Source: an uncultured Gammaproteobacteria bacterium (lineage in GTDB: Bacteria > Patescibacteriota > Microgenomatia > Levybacterales > UBA12049). From it: a stretch of DNA of 64,000 bases. The position numbers and the translations under genes are program-made. Shown here piece by piece: positions 1 through 9,529 of the stretch (the stretch's first letter is position 1; the number at the start of each line of letters is the position of its first letter). The stretch spans positions 213,731 through 277,730 of the forward strand of contig CAZERI010000002.1 in the NCBI GenBank assembly GCA_964515545.1. The letters are read 5' to 3'. Below the pieces are notes generated by a model. It saw only the letters and a program-made list of their open reading frames with translations. It was not told the origin of the DNA and ran no database searches.

Positions 1-378
1 GAAAAAAATTTTGCGTATCTCTTAAAGTTCTTCCAGAAATATCCTCAGTATTTTTTGCCTCCAATCCAAAATGAAAAAGTGAGGACACAGTGGCTTGCTT
101 TCCCAATGACAATTGTGAAAGATGCTCCATTTACCAGACTTGAACTAGTAACGTATCTTGAGCAGAATAATATTCAGACAAGACCAATTTTTACGGGTGT
201 CATCACAAAGCAGCCCGGCTTTAAGCGCATTAAATATAGGTCAGCTTCTGATTTTTCAAATGCTCAGGAAATAATGGAAAACGGCTTTGTGATAGGGTGC
301 CATCATGGATTAACAAGTGCCCACCTAGTAAGAATAAAAGAAGCATTTACAGAATTCCTAGACCGCTATAAAGACTGA
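1..378 (+). CDS. DegT/DnrJ/EryC1/StrS-family sugar aminotransferase, C-terminal fragment. Frame 1 is open from the window edge, so the gene is 5' partial.
   Basis: No stop codon in frame from nt 1. The translated C-terminus (TRPIFTGV...GFVIGCHHGLT) resembles the C-terminal small domain of PLP-dependent sugar aminotransferases of the ArnB/DegT type. It converges on the SDR gene. Confidence 0.55.
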   Translation, partial: EKNFAYLLKFFQKYPQYFLPPIQNEKVRTQWLAFPMTIVKDAPFTRLELVTYLEQNNIQTRPIFTGVITKQPGFKRIKYRSASDFSNAQEIMENGFVIGCHHGLTSAHLVRIKEAFTEFLDRYKD

Positions 379-1298
379 TACCATACAATAGTTCGTTTTA
401 GTCCCGTTTCGAGATCAGTAGCTGGTCTCCATGCAAGAAGTTTCTTGGCTTTTGTAATATCTGCTTGCCAGACAGGAGATTCATACTTTATTGCAGAGTG
501 ATCCTCTATAATCTTACTATTAGTTTTGGTGAGTTTTGAAATGATAGCGGTAACTTCTTGAGTTGTGTACTGCTTCCCGCTTCCGATATTTATTATCTCC
601 CCTGAGAGTTTTTCCCTGTATGTCATAGCTTTCATATATGCATCGATGACGTCATCAATATAAATGAAATCTCTCACATTTTTAGGGTGGGTCAGCGTTA
701 TCTTTTTATTAGTTAGTGCCTGTGTAATGACTGTACTAATAAATCTATGGGGATCATCATATGATCCAAATGGACTAAAAAGTCTCAAGGTGAGGACTGG
801 CTTATTATTTTTTTGAGCGAAGTTTTTTGCGTAGAGTGTGCTCGCTAATTTAGTTATCCCATAGGTACTCTCAGGAAAACAGCTGTCTATTTCTCTCATT
901 TTCTTATTTTTAAGTCCATATTCAGATGAACTTCCCGTATTAATAAAAAGCTTGTAAGGAATGTCCTTGGAGGCCTGTAAAAGGGTAATTGTACCTAAGA
1001 GGTTAACATTTACTACATCTTCATCAAAGCTCTCTTTTCTTCCATATATACCAATATTTGCTAGATGAAAAATATAGTCAGGTTGAATCTTTCTGAGCAG
1101 TTTTTGGAGCTGGTTTTTATCGCTGATATCGATATTATATGGTGTAGTCTTATGCAGGATATCGTTAAGTCTTATTGAGGTAGTAATAGGGCGATAAAGA
1201 ATATGGATGTCAAAAGACTTATCAAGCAGCTCCCTGACGAGATGAGATCCTATAAAGCCAGTTGCTCCAGTGACAAATGCGGTAGGCTTTTTGCTCAT
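366..1298 (-). CDS. NAD-dependent nucleotide-sugar epimerase/dehydratase (extended SDR family)
   Basis: N-terminal Rossmann motif VTGATGFIGSHLV and a YxxxK-type catalytic region. The ~310 aa length is typical of UDP-sugar 4-epimerases, 4,6-dehydratases and decarboxylases. Confidence 0.85.
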   Translation of the reverse strand: MSKKPTAFVTGATGFIGSHLVRELLDKSFDIHILYRPITTSIRLNDILHKTTPYNIDISDKNQLQKLLRKIQPDYIFHLANIGIYGRKESFDEDVVNVNLLGTITLLQASKDIPYKLFINTGSSSEYGLKNKKMREIDSCFPESTYGITKLASTLYAKNFAQKNNKPVLTLRLFSPFGSYDDPHRFISTVITQALTNKKITLTHPKNVRDFIYIDDVIDAYMKAMTYREKLSGEIINIGSGKQYTTQEVTAIISKLTKTNSKIIEDHSAIKYESPVWQADITKAKKLLAWRPATDLETGLKRTIVWYQSL

Positions 1299-2137
1299 TA
1301 TTCTAACTTTTTTAGTTCTTCCTTTGATATTTCGTAGAAATATTTTTTAGTAGGGAATTTTTCTGTACGGACATCATCGCAATATTTACTAATTGCCTCC
1401 TCAATTATTTTACCTGCTTCTGCGTATCTTTTTACAAATTTGGGAGTAAATTGCTCAAAAAGTCCGATCAGATCATGGACTATGATGAGCTGGCCGTCAA
1501 CTTTATTGCCAGCACCAATTCCATAGACAGGAATAGAGAGATGTTTTTTGATTTTTTCAGCCACCTGAGATGGCATCCCCTCAAGAAGAAGAGAAAAAAC
1601 TCCCGCCTCTTCTAAAGCTAGTGCATCCTTAAGAAGCTGCTGATAACTTTCTTTTGTTTTTCCTTGAACTCTATATCCTCCCATTTGAGAAGCATTTTGG
1701 GGAGTTAGACCTAAATGCCCTTGGACCAGTATTCCTGCATCTACCATAGCCTTTACCCGTGATACTACTCTTATCCCTCCTTCGCATTTAACAGCATCAC
1801 ATCCTGCCTCTCCAATAAGCCTGCCTGCATTAAGGATAGCGTCTCTATCAGATGGTTGGTAGGAAAGGAAGGGCATATCACCGATGATAAAAGAACTCTT
1901 TGCTGCTCGTGTCACTGCGCTGGCATGCCTTACCATATCATCCATAGTTACTTTAAGGGTGTCTTTATAGCCAAGCGTAGTCATCCCAAGTGAATCTCCT
2001 ACCAGAATCATATCTACTCCAGCCCTATCGGCAAGAAGGGCAATGGGGTAATCGTAAGCAGTAAGATAGACTGCTTTTTTATTTTCGTCTTTTAGTTTTT
2101 TAAGAGTAAGAAGGGTGGTTTTTTTTCTTTGTTCCAT
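1298..2137 (-). CDS. panB: 3-methyl-2-oxobutanoate hydroxymethyltransferase homolog (PanB family, ICL/PEPM superfamily)
   Basis: Strong PanB hallmarks: LTAYDYP, MILVGDSLGMT, VKCEGG (the KxEGG motif), GHLGLTPQ and IGIGAG...DGQ. Length 279 aa. The stop/start abuts the SDR gene. Confidence 0.8.
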   Translation of the reverse strand: MEQRKKTTLLTLKKLKDENKKAVYLTAYDYPIALLADRAGVDMILVGDSLGMTTLGYKDTLKVTMDDMVRHASAVTRAAKSSFIIGDMPFLSYQPSDRDAILNAGRLIGEAGCDAVKCEGGIRVVSRVKAMVDAGILVQGHLGLTPQNASQMGGYRVQGKTKESYQQLLKDALALEEAGVFSLLLEGMPSQVAEKIKKHLSIPVYGIGAGNKVDGQLIIVHDLIGLFEQFTPKFVKRYAEAGKIIEEAISKYCDDVRTEKFPTKKYFYEISKEELKKLE

Positions 2138-2139
2138 AG

Positions 2140-3900
2140 TTAGTCAAGAGGATCAATAAACATATTTTTCAAAAATTCTTTTCTACTTAATGATGGTGAT
2201 AGATCTTCAATGGGTTTACCAAATTGTAATTTAGGAATTAATTTCTGTCGAGGGTTAAGATGGACATTTACGAGTACGGGTCCTTTTTCTTTAAGAGCAG
2301 ATTTGATAACAGTATCCATGGCTTTATGGTTTTTTAGATCATAGGTCTTAATGCCGTAGGCCTTTGCGACTTTAATAAAGTCAGGATGTGAGTATCCTTT
2401 GCCTGAGGCTTCAAAACGGCTGCCTAAGTAAAGTTCTTGAAACTGCTTGATGATGCCGTAGCCTTCGTTATTAAGTACAAAAATTTTTACTGGTATTTTA
2501 TAATGAGCAATTGTCTGAAGCTCTTGGATATTAATCTGAAGACTTCCGTCTCCGTCAATACAAATGATCTGCTTTTTCGAAAGAGCAAGGGATGCTCCCA
2601 TAGATGCGGGAAGGGCATATCCCATTGGGGAATTCCCAAATGCTGAAATTAGACGCTGACTGCCCTTTACCTCAAAACCCTGCATAGTCCAGGTTAAGTG
2701 TCCTCCGTCATCAGGAATAACTATCGCATTATCATCCAGAAGCTGAGAAAGTCTTTGGCTGAAGACATAGGGATTTACATATTTATCTTCTTTTTTATAT
2801 TCAGGGAGAACCATCGGATAAGTATTTTTCCAGGACAAGCATTGTTCGACCCATTCAGTGTGGTTTCCTAAATTACTTTTTATGGACTGTTTAAGCAACT
2901 CTTTAATTGCAATTTTTGCATCTGAATTGATTGCAATATCAGGGATAACTTTTTTCTTAGTAAGTTCTGAAATATCAATATCGACAATTATTTTTTTAGC
3001 TTCTCTGGCAAAGGTCTGAGGTTTACCTCCTGTTTGTCTGGTATCAAGTCTGCTTCCAATGGAAAGGAGAACATCTGCATTTTGGACAGCGAAATTTGCC
3101 GACCTATGGCCATACACACCGATTTGACCAATAAGATAAGGAAATTCATGGACAAAAAGATCTTTAGCGCTCCATGAGGTAACAACAGGAACCTTTAGTT
3201 TCAGTGCAAGCTTGAGGATATCTTTTTCTGCTTTAGCAATACGAGTTCCAAAACCGACAAGAAGGACAGGACGCTTAGCTGTCTTAAGAAGGTTGAGTGA
3301 TTTCTCAATTTTTTTAACAAGAGCACCGTCAACGATAACTTCTTTTTGTGGTGGTGTAAATCCTTTAAGAGTCCGTGGATTTATTTCAACTCTCTGGAAA
3401 TCCTGCGGGATATCGATAAGTACTGGCCCTGGCCTTCCGGATTTTGCGATGTAGGTTGCCTTCTCGAGAAGGTATCGAATGTTCTCAGGTTTATCCAGTT
3501 GAGCTGCAAATTTAGTAATCGGCTTTACTACCGATACAATATCAGTTTCTTGGAAGCCAATTTGGCGGACAGAAGAATTTCCTTTTTGTTCATATGTATT
3601 AACCTGCCCGGAGATATGGAGGACAGGAATAGAATCAAACCAAGAGCAGCAAATTCCTGTAATAAGGTTCGTAGCACCCGGACCTGAGGTTACCATCGTT
3701 GCTGCTAAATTAGGCCCGAGGCGGGAATATGCATCCGCTGCCATAGCTGCTGCCTGCTCGTGAGCGATACAGACATATCCTATATCTTTTCGTCCATGAA
3801 AGGCATCAACCACAAAAGAAATAGCTCCTCCCGTCATGAGAAATACTTCTTTAATTCCCTGTGCAGCAAGATAATCGAGTATATACTCAGCAACTAACAT
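2140..3900 (-). CDS. Thiamine-diphosphate-dependent enzyme of the acetolactate synthase large-subunit / YerE-like family
   Basis: 586 aa with three-domain ALS architecture. ThDP-binding GDG...NN motif (IDGDGSLQ...VLNNEGYG) in the C-terminal domain and N-terminal Pyr domain motifs (MTGGAISF). No ilvH, ilvC or ilvD nearby. Confidence 0.8.
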   Translation of the reverse strand: MLVAEYILDYLAAQGIKEVFLMTGGAISFVVDAFHGRKDIGYVCIAHEQAAAMAADAYSRLGPNLAATMVTSGPGATNLITGICCSWFDSIPVLHISGQVNTYEQKGNSSVRQIGFQETDIVSVVKPITKFAAQLDKPENIRYLLEKATYIAKSGRPGPVLIDIPQDFQRVEINPRTLKGFTPPQKEVIVDGALVKKIEKSLNLLKTAKRPVLLVGFGTRIAKAEKDILKLALKLKVPVVTSWSAKDLFVHEFPYLIGQIGVYGHRSANFAVQNADVLLSIGSRLDTRQTGGKPQTFAREAKKIIVDIDISELTKKKVIPDIAINSDAKIAIKELLKQSIKSNLGNHTEWVEQCLSWKNTYPMVLPEYKKEDKYVNPYVFSQRLSQLLDDNAIVIPDDGGHLTWTMQGFEVKGSQRLISAFGNSPMGYALPASMGASLALSKKQIICIDGDGSLQINIQELQTIAHYKIPVKIFVLNNEGYGIIKQFQELYLGSRFEASGKGYSHPDFIKVAKAYGIKTYDLKNHKAMDTVIKSALKEKGPVLVNVHLNPRQKLIPKLQFGKPIEDLSPSLSRKEFLKNMFIDPLD

Positions 3901-3949
3901 GATTTAAATGTATATTACTAAAGGATTATTCAAAAAACAATGGCTAACA

Positions 3950-4840
3950 CTATAGTCCGTAAACCTTTTTAATAATATGGTTGGGACGATTACGACTTTC
4001 AGTAAAAATACGGAGGATATACTCGCTTTGCATGGCAGTAATAAAGAAGAGAAGTGTAAAAAGAAGTAGAAAAATTGTCAGCTCCAGAGGATAGAAGAAG
4101 AACGAGATACTAGTTATTATCGTTGAGAGGATAAATATGATCCAGGATAATCGTAATGGCAAACTGGAAAACCCTAGGATACCATTTATAGCTACGTGCA
4201 ATGTCAGTTTAATATTTGCTTTTGATTTCCCTGCCACACGATCCGGTCTATCAAAGGGTATACCTATTTTTTTGAAACCTGGCCACATAGCTAATCCTCT
4301 AAAAAATTTATTATGTTCGGGTAGGTTTGCTAGAGTTTTATAGACTGCTTTGTCCAGCAAGCGAAAATCACTTACATTTTGAGGAACAATATTATCAGTA
4401 AGGTACGCAATAATTTTATAAAAAATAAAGGTACCAACTCTTCTGTGGAGAGGATAATTAATTCTTTTTTTTACTACACCATAGACAATGTCATAACCCT
4501 TTTGCCATTCTTTAACAAATGTAGGAATTAGTTCCGGCGGTTCCTGGAGATCGGCCATCATGACAATTACCGCCTCACCTTTCGCAAAGTCTAACCCAGT
4601 GAAAATACTCTCATCACACCCATTATTTTTAGACATCTCAATAACTTTAAATCTTTTATCTTTTTTTCGTGCTTTGATCAGTTCATGGATAGTATTATCA
4701 CGAGATCCATCATCTACAAAAATGACTTCAAAATCAAAACTACTATATGAGTCCATGAAAGAGGTTAATCTTTTCGTAAGAGGGGAGATCATGGGCTCCT
4801 CATTATAGGCAGGAATAACGATAGAGAGTAGTTTTCTCAT
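3950..4840 (-). CDS. GT2 polyprenyl-phosphate sugar transferase (ArnC/DPM1/GtrB-like)
   Basis: N-terminal GT-A motifs (IVIPAYNEE, FVDDGSRDNT, DxD-like MADLQ) followed by two C-terminal transmembrane helices. This is typical of enzymes that make polyprenyl-P-sugar donors. Confidence 0.75.
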   Translation of the reverse strand: MRKLLSIVIPAYNEEPMISPLTKRLTSFMDSYSSFDFEVIFVDDGSRDNTIHELIKARKKDKRFKVIEMSKNNGCDESIFTGLDFAKGEAVIVMMADLQEPPELIPTFVKEWQKGYDIVYGVVKKRINYPLHRRVGTFIFYKIIAYLTDNIVPQNVSDFRLLDKAVYKTLANLPEHNKFFRGLAMWPGFKKIGIPFDRPDRVAGKSKANIKLTLHVAINGILGFSSLPLRLSWIIFILSTIITSISFFFYPLELTIFLLLFTLLFFITAMQSEYILRIFTESRNRPNHIIKKVYGL

Positions 4841-4892
4841 GTCGAGACCATTGTAGAGAAATATGCCTGAGATAGCAATATAATTTGTTTGT

Positions 4893-6107
4893 ATGCGCTA
4901 CAATAGAGAAATGTCAGCAAGAATATTTGCGTACATTGGGATTGTCATTACACTTTATTATGTAATCTATGCAATTTTTAATGGCATCATCCATCCTATC
5001 CCTGCTTTAGGAGACAGTTGGGATTATCATATCCCTATTGCAAAAATGATCCTAACGGGTGAAATCTTTTCTCCGGTACATCCTCTGATTACACAGTGGT
5101 ATTATCCAGGAAGCAGTGAACTGTTTAATTCATTATTCTTATTACTTCATATTCCCTTAACTCTCACTAATGTTTTGGCAGTTATTGTGTTATTTTTTAT
5201 TTGCTGGAAGTTGGGGGGAATAACTGGACTTAATTATTATGAAAGTATTTTCTTTGCATCAACAATTATTACACTAAATGTTTTGGTGCGGTGGTTCAAT
5301 TCAGTAAATATAGATATATGGCTGGTAAATTTTTTCTTAATAAGTATTGTCCTTCTTGAGAGGCCTCGGCAGTCTTTAAAATATTTCTTATTTTTAGGTT
5401 TTATTTTGGGTATGATAATAGGGACTAAATATACAGGATTTTATTATCTTTTACTGCTTTTTATTTGTTATAGAAGAAGATTTTTGCGGGATTTTAAGAT
5501 AAAGAAATTAATAGCTTTTTTAGTTCCATTTACTATTTTTGGATTATCGTGGTATATCAGAAATATTATTCTCTTCCATAATCCTTTTTATCCTCTTTAT
5601 TTTATCGGTCTTCCTTACGACATTAATTTTGATAAGCAGGTCTGGAATATATTTCTTTCCTATCCTAAGGATATCATCGACGCAGCATTTGGAGAGTATA
5701 AGATATGGCTTATAAGTATTCCCTTTGTTATTGTTCGCCTTTTAAAAGGTTTTAAAACTCCTATCAAAAAATATCTATTATCCTTAGAAAATCATAGATT
5801 AGAACTTATCTGTATTTTAACATTCATTATTTTTTTAATTTCGCCTACTGATACGAAGTCATGGATTATGGTATCAAGTATGCGTTATTCATATGCTTCC
5901 TTTATCTTAGGGATTCTTATAGTCTTTCTTTATTGCAAAAAAATAAAGAAGTTAGAGTGGCTTTTTCTCATAGCGGTTTCTTCCATGATCATGGTCACTT
6001 CATTTGACTATTATCCAAAACTCACTATTATGTATGGGGTAATTTCTTTGATGTGTTGTTATTTTCTTGAACGATATAAAAAGAAATTACAAAAATTGTT
6101 TAGCTAA
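4893..6107 (+). CDS. Polytopic integral membrane protein, candidate GT-C-fold glycosyltransferase
   Basis: About 10 predicted hydrophobic helices across 404 aa. First gene of the co-directional glycan operon. No soluble catalytic domain recognised. Confidence 0.45.
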   Translation: MRYNREMSARIFAYIGIVITLYYVIYAIFNGIIHPIPALGDSWDYHIPIAKMILTGEIFSPVHPLITQWYYPGSSELFNSLFLLLHIPLTLTNVLAVIVLFFICWKLGGITGLNYYESIFFASTIITLNVLVRWFNSVNIDIWLVNFFLISIVLLERPRQSLKYFLFLGFILGMIIGTKYTGFYYLLLLFICYRRRFLRDFKIKKLIAFLVPFTIFGLSWYIRNIILFHNPFYPLYFIGLPYDINFDKQVWNIFLSYPKDIIDAAFGEYKIWLISIPFVIVRLLKGFKTPIKKYLLSLENHRLELICILTFIIFLISPTDTKSWIMVSSMRYSYASFILGILIVFLYCKKIKKLEWLFLIAVSSMIMVTSFDYYPKLTIMYGVISLMCCYFLERYKKKLQKLFS

Positions 6108-6108
6108 T

Positions 6109-7056
6109 ATGAAAACATCGTTAATAGCCACTGTTCTCAATGAAGAAGAAAATATCCTTTTATTTTTAGAGTCTCTTCTTATTCAGTCTCGTATGCCAGA
6201 TGAGGTAGTGATTGTGGATGGAGGATCAGAGGATAGAACAGTTACTATTATTAAGAATTTTATTCAAAAACACTCATTGCCGTATAAGCTACTGCTCTCA
6301 ACTAAGGAAGGGAATCGTTCTGTCGGAAGAAATGAAGCTATTAGAAAAACCCATGGTGAAATTATCCTTATCTCTGATCCTGGCTGTGTTCTTGATAAAA
6401 ATTGGATTAAAGAGATGATGATCCCGATTACCGATAAAAAAGCTGATGTAGTGGCTGGCTATTACAGCGCTAGAAGTGAAAATATTTTTCAAAAATGTTT
6501 AGTCCCTTATGTCTTAGTCATGCCGGATAAAGTTAATGAAAAAGACTTTTTGCCTGCTACTAGATCAATGGCAATTAAAAAAATAATATGGGAGGAGATG
6601 GGAGGATTTGATGAGCGATATTCTCATAATGAAGATTATGTTTTTGCTAAGAAACTTAAAAAAGAGAAAAAAAAGATCATATTTACACGGAAGGCAATTG
6701 TTTACTGGATTCCGCGGAGAAATCTGCTGGAGGCATTTTTGATGTTTCAAAGGTTCGCATATGGAGATATGGAAGCATCAATACTCCGGCCAAAAGTAGT
6801 ATTGATCATCTTTAGGTATCTTGCAGCTTTACTCTTTATTATTTTTGCTATTACAAAGCATACTATACTATGGTGGTTGGTACTCTTAGCGGGAATTATC
6901 CTTTACAGTATATGGTCTATCTATAAAAATTATAGCTATATTAAAGACGCAAGGGCAATTTACTATCTCCCCCTTATTCAATTCACTTCAGATATAGCAG
7001 TCCTACTAGGAAGTTGTTCTGGTTTTCTAGCCAGCAGGCGGGTAAAGAAGCTATAA
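6109..7056 (+). CDS. GT2 family glycosyltransferase with C-terminal membrane anchor
   Basis: The ATG at 6109 gives MKTSLIATVLNEEENI (a GT-A start), then VVIVDGGSEDRT and a DxD region (ISDPG). The ORF-track start at 6067 would overlap the upstream gene by 41 nt, and 6109 directly follows its TAA stop. Confidence 0.7.
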   Translation: MKTSLIATVLNEEENILLFLESLLIQSRMPDEVVIVDGGSEDRTVTIIKNFIQKHSLPYKLLLSTKEGNRSVGRNEAIRKTHGEIILISDPGCVLDKNWIKEMMIPITDKKADVVAGYYSARSENIFQKCLVPYVLVMPDKVNEKDFLPATRSMAIKKIIWEEMGGFDERYSHNEDYVFAKKLKKEKKKIIFTRKAIVYWIPRRNLLEAFLMFQRFAYGDMEASILRPKVVLIIFRYLAALLFIIFAITKHTILWWLVLLAGIILYSIWSIYKNYSYIKDARAIYYLPLIQFTSDIAVLLGSCSGFLASRRVKKL

Positions 7057-7064
7057 TAGAACGG

Positions 7065-8282
7065 ATGGGTTATAAGAAAGATGTTTTTAGAGGAATTTCC
7101 TGGATGACATTTTTGAGAGGTTTGACAAGGTTACTGACATTCGTTCGTTTAGCAATCCTCGGCAGACTTCTTACTCCAAGCGAATTTGGCTATTTTGGTA
7201 TTGCCTCTATCCTTTTAGCTTTTCTTGAGATAGTAACTGAGACAGGCATTAATGTATTTCTTGTCCAGGAGAAGCGACATATCAGTGAATATGTGGATTC
7301 AGCATGGATAGTCTCTATCCTAAGGGGGATCGTTCTCTCTGTATTCATTTTTTCCTTAGCACCATATATCACAGTTTTTTTTAAATCCCCCGGGGCAATA
7401 ACAGTTATTCAGTTGACTGCTGTGATTCCCTTTATTAGGGGATTTATCAATCCTGCTATCGTAACATATCAAAAAGAGTTACTCTTCCATAAAGAGTTTG
7501 GATTAAGATCATTTCTTTTTTTCATAGAGGTTGTTTTTTCAGTAATTGCTGGATTTTTGAGTAAAAGTGCAATGAGCTTTACGTGGGGACTTATCGCCTC
7601 CGCACTTGCGGAGGTAGTACTATCCTATGTCCTTATTCCCTTGTGGCCTAGGTTAAAGTTTGAAGGAGAAAAGGTTAAGATGGTTTTAAAAAGAGGCTGG
7701 TGGGTTACCTTAACTGGTATTTTTTCTTATTTGGCAGAAAATGGCGACAATATTATAGTAGGGAAGATAATGGGGTCTTCTTCTTTAGGTATTTATCAGG
7801 TAGCCTACAAATTCTCAACACTTCCCATTAGTGAAATAACGAATGTTGTGAACGCAGTACTTTTTCCAGTATTTACGAAATTTTCTGATGATAAGAAGCG
7901 GTTAAGGTCGGCTTTTATTAAAGTGACTATACTAACTGCCATAGGATCAATGATACTTGGGTTAATTATTTTTATTTTTGCCAAGTCAATAATTCTTATC
8001 TTTATGGGGTCTCAATGGCTGGCTGCGGTATCTGCAGTTCAAATCCTTTCAATCTATGGAATCCTCAGAACAATTTTTGGTAATTTTACTCCCCTCTATC
8101 TTTCGGTTGGGAAGCAGAGTTATGCAGCCCAAACTACTCTTGTTAGGCTTGTTGTTCTTATAACTGTCGCTATACCTTTGGTTATGAGCTATGGTATGGT
8201 GGGAGCTGGCTGCGCTATGCTTATTTCAGTTATTTTTGAAATTCCTTTTGTTCTTTTCTTTGCCAGAAAGGTGCTCTACTAA
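7065..8282 (+). CDS. Wzx-like polysaccharide flippase (MOP/MATE superfamily, polysaccharide biosynthesis protein)
   Basis: About 12 TM helices. The N-terminal region (GISWMTFLRGLTRLLTFVRLAILGRLLTPSEFGYFG) matches the Wzx/RfbX family signature. The start is set at the in-frame MGYKK to avoid overlap. Confidence 0.65.
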   Translation: MGYKKDVFRGISWMTFLRGLTRLLTFVRLAILGRLLTPSEFGYFGIASILLAFLEIVTETGINVFLVQEKRHISEYVDSAWIVSILRGIVLSVFIFSLAPYITVFFKSPGAITVIQLTAVIPFIRGFINPAIVTYQKELLFHKEFGLRSFLFFIEVVFSVIAGFLSKSAMSFTWGLIASALAEVVLSYVLIPLWPRLKFEGEKVKMVLKRGWWVTLTGIFSYLAENGDNIIVGKIMGSSSLGIYQVAYKFSTLPISEITNVVNAVLFPVFTKFSDDKKRLRSAFIKVTILTAIGSMILGLIIFIFAKSIILIFMGSQWLAAVSAVQILSIYGILRTIFGNFTPLYLSVGKQSYAAQTTLVRLVVLITVAIPLVMSYGMVGAGCAMLISVIFEIPFVLFFARKVLY

Positions 8283-9529
8283 TGAATATTCAAAGTAAAA
8301 AAGTATTTCTTGACACATTCTATCAGGTGGGTGGGAAAGTGGTTATTTCACTTTTGGGGTTCTTGACGACAGCATTTCTCACCAGGTATTTAGGAGTAAC
8401 ACAATTTGGTGAATATAATCTCATAGCGACAATAGCTGGATTTATTACGCTATTTGCTGATTTTGGTCTTGCGACTTATGTAATTCGAGAGATAGCTAGC
8501 GAAAGAGCAGATAAAGATTTTGTAACTCACATATTTAGTTTGAGATTTTATATAGCTCTCCTCTCTCTTATGGTTGTCTGTAGTGGCCTTATCTTTTTCC
8601 CTTATACCGTTACAGTAAAAATTGGCATTATTATCTCTTCTATAAGCGGATTTGTACTTTTACTCTCGTCAGTATTCTGGGCATTCCATCAGGGAAAGCT
8701 TCACTTCAGGAGAGTAGTAGGGATTCAGATAGCAGCTGCAGTAACCTCATTTGTACTAACCCTCGTCTTTATATATTTTAAGTTATCATTACTTTGGATA
8801 ATTTCAGTTAGCCTAATTTCAAATGGTATAGGCCTCCTTTTATCACTAGGAGAATTTAGGAGATCTTCTTTATTGACAAATAATATTTCTGAATATAAAA
8901 AAATATTATATGAAGTATGGCCTTTTGGTGTAGGGCTTATTTTAAGTATCGCTTATTTTAAAATAGATACTATTATGCTCTCTTTTTACTTTAGTCCTAC
9001 ATCTCATCCTGATGTAGCTTATTACTCAATAGCATATAAGATTTTTGAGGTATTACTGGTCTTTGCGGGATATTTCACATCAACTCTTTTTCCTGTTTTT
9101 TCTCAGCCTCGAAAAAAGGAGGAATTTAAAAAAATCTATAAAAAATATTTCTCACTTACCTTTTTGATTGCAGTCGGTGGAGGAATAGGGATGTTCATCT
9201 TTGCGCCATTTCTTATCCAAATCCTGGGAGGAAATGCGTATATGAAAGCAACATTAGCTGTCCAAATCCTGTCTTTTTCTTTATTTGCAAGTATCCTTAG
9301 CGGTTTTTTTCTCAATATTGCCATTGTGGGAAACAAACAATTACTTCTTATAAAATTTGCTCTTTTGGCAATAGTTCTCAATATAATATTAAATTTCTTT
9401 ATTTTGCCCTCATACTCATTTATTGGAGCAAGCATTACGACAGTCATAACTCAAATTTTTATACTAGCTACTTATATAATCACTACAATTATAGTGTTTA
9501 AAGAAAAGCATGCTAAAATACGAGGATGA
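8282..9529 (+). CDS. Second Wzx-like polysaccharide flippase (MOP superfamily)
   Basis: 415 aa polytopic membrane protein with the same family features (GFLTTAFLTRYLGVTQFGEYNLIATIAGF). Its ATG overlaps the preceding stop (TAATG). Confidence 0.65.
   Translation: MNIQSKKVFLDTFYQVGGKVVISLLGFLTTAFLTRYLGVTQFGEYNLIATIAGFITLFADFGLATYVIREIASERADKDFVTHIFSLRFYIALLSLMVVCSGLIFFPYTVTVKIGIIISSISGFVLLLSSVFWAFHQGKLHFRRVVGIQIAAAVTSFVLTLVFIYFKLSLLWIISVSLISNGIGLLLSLGEFRRSSLLTNNISEYKKILYEVWPFGVGLILSIAYFKIDTIMLSFYFSPTSHPDVAYYSIAYKIFEVLLVFAGYFTSTLFPVFSQPRKKEEFKKIYKKYFSLTFLIAVGGGIGMFIFAPFLIQILGGNAYMKATLAVQILSFSLFASILSGFFLNIAIVGNKQLLLIKFALLAIVLNIILNFFILPSYSFIGASITTVITQIFILATYIITTIIVFKEKHAKIRG

Noticed and set aside
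1298-2137. Considered whether the ICL/PEPM-superfamily protein is a PEP mutase. With the adjacent ThDP decarboxylase and an aminotransferase that would imply 2-aminoethylphosphonate biosynthesis.
   Set aside because: The protein carries PanB-specific motifs (KxEGG, GHLGLTPQ, IGIGAG...DGQ) rather than the PEP mutase EDK...K.CGH signature. The ThDP enzyme is a three-domain ~590 aa ALS type, not the ~375 aa two-domain phosphonopyruvate decarboxylase. The aminotransferase is DegT-type rather than AEP transaminase class.
4841-4892. Possible divergent promoter with TATAAT at 4879-4884, just 9 nt upstream of the 4893 ATG
   Set aside because: No acceptable -35 sits at 16-18 nt spacing, and the gene has an alternative internal start (MSARIF at 4911). 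It is too ambiguous to call a promoter or a leaderless start.
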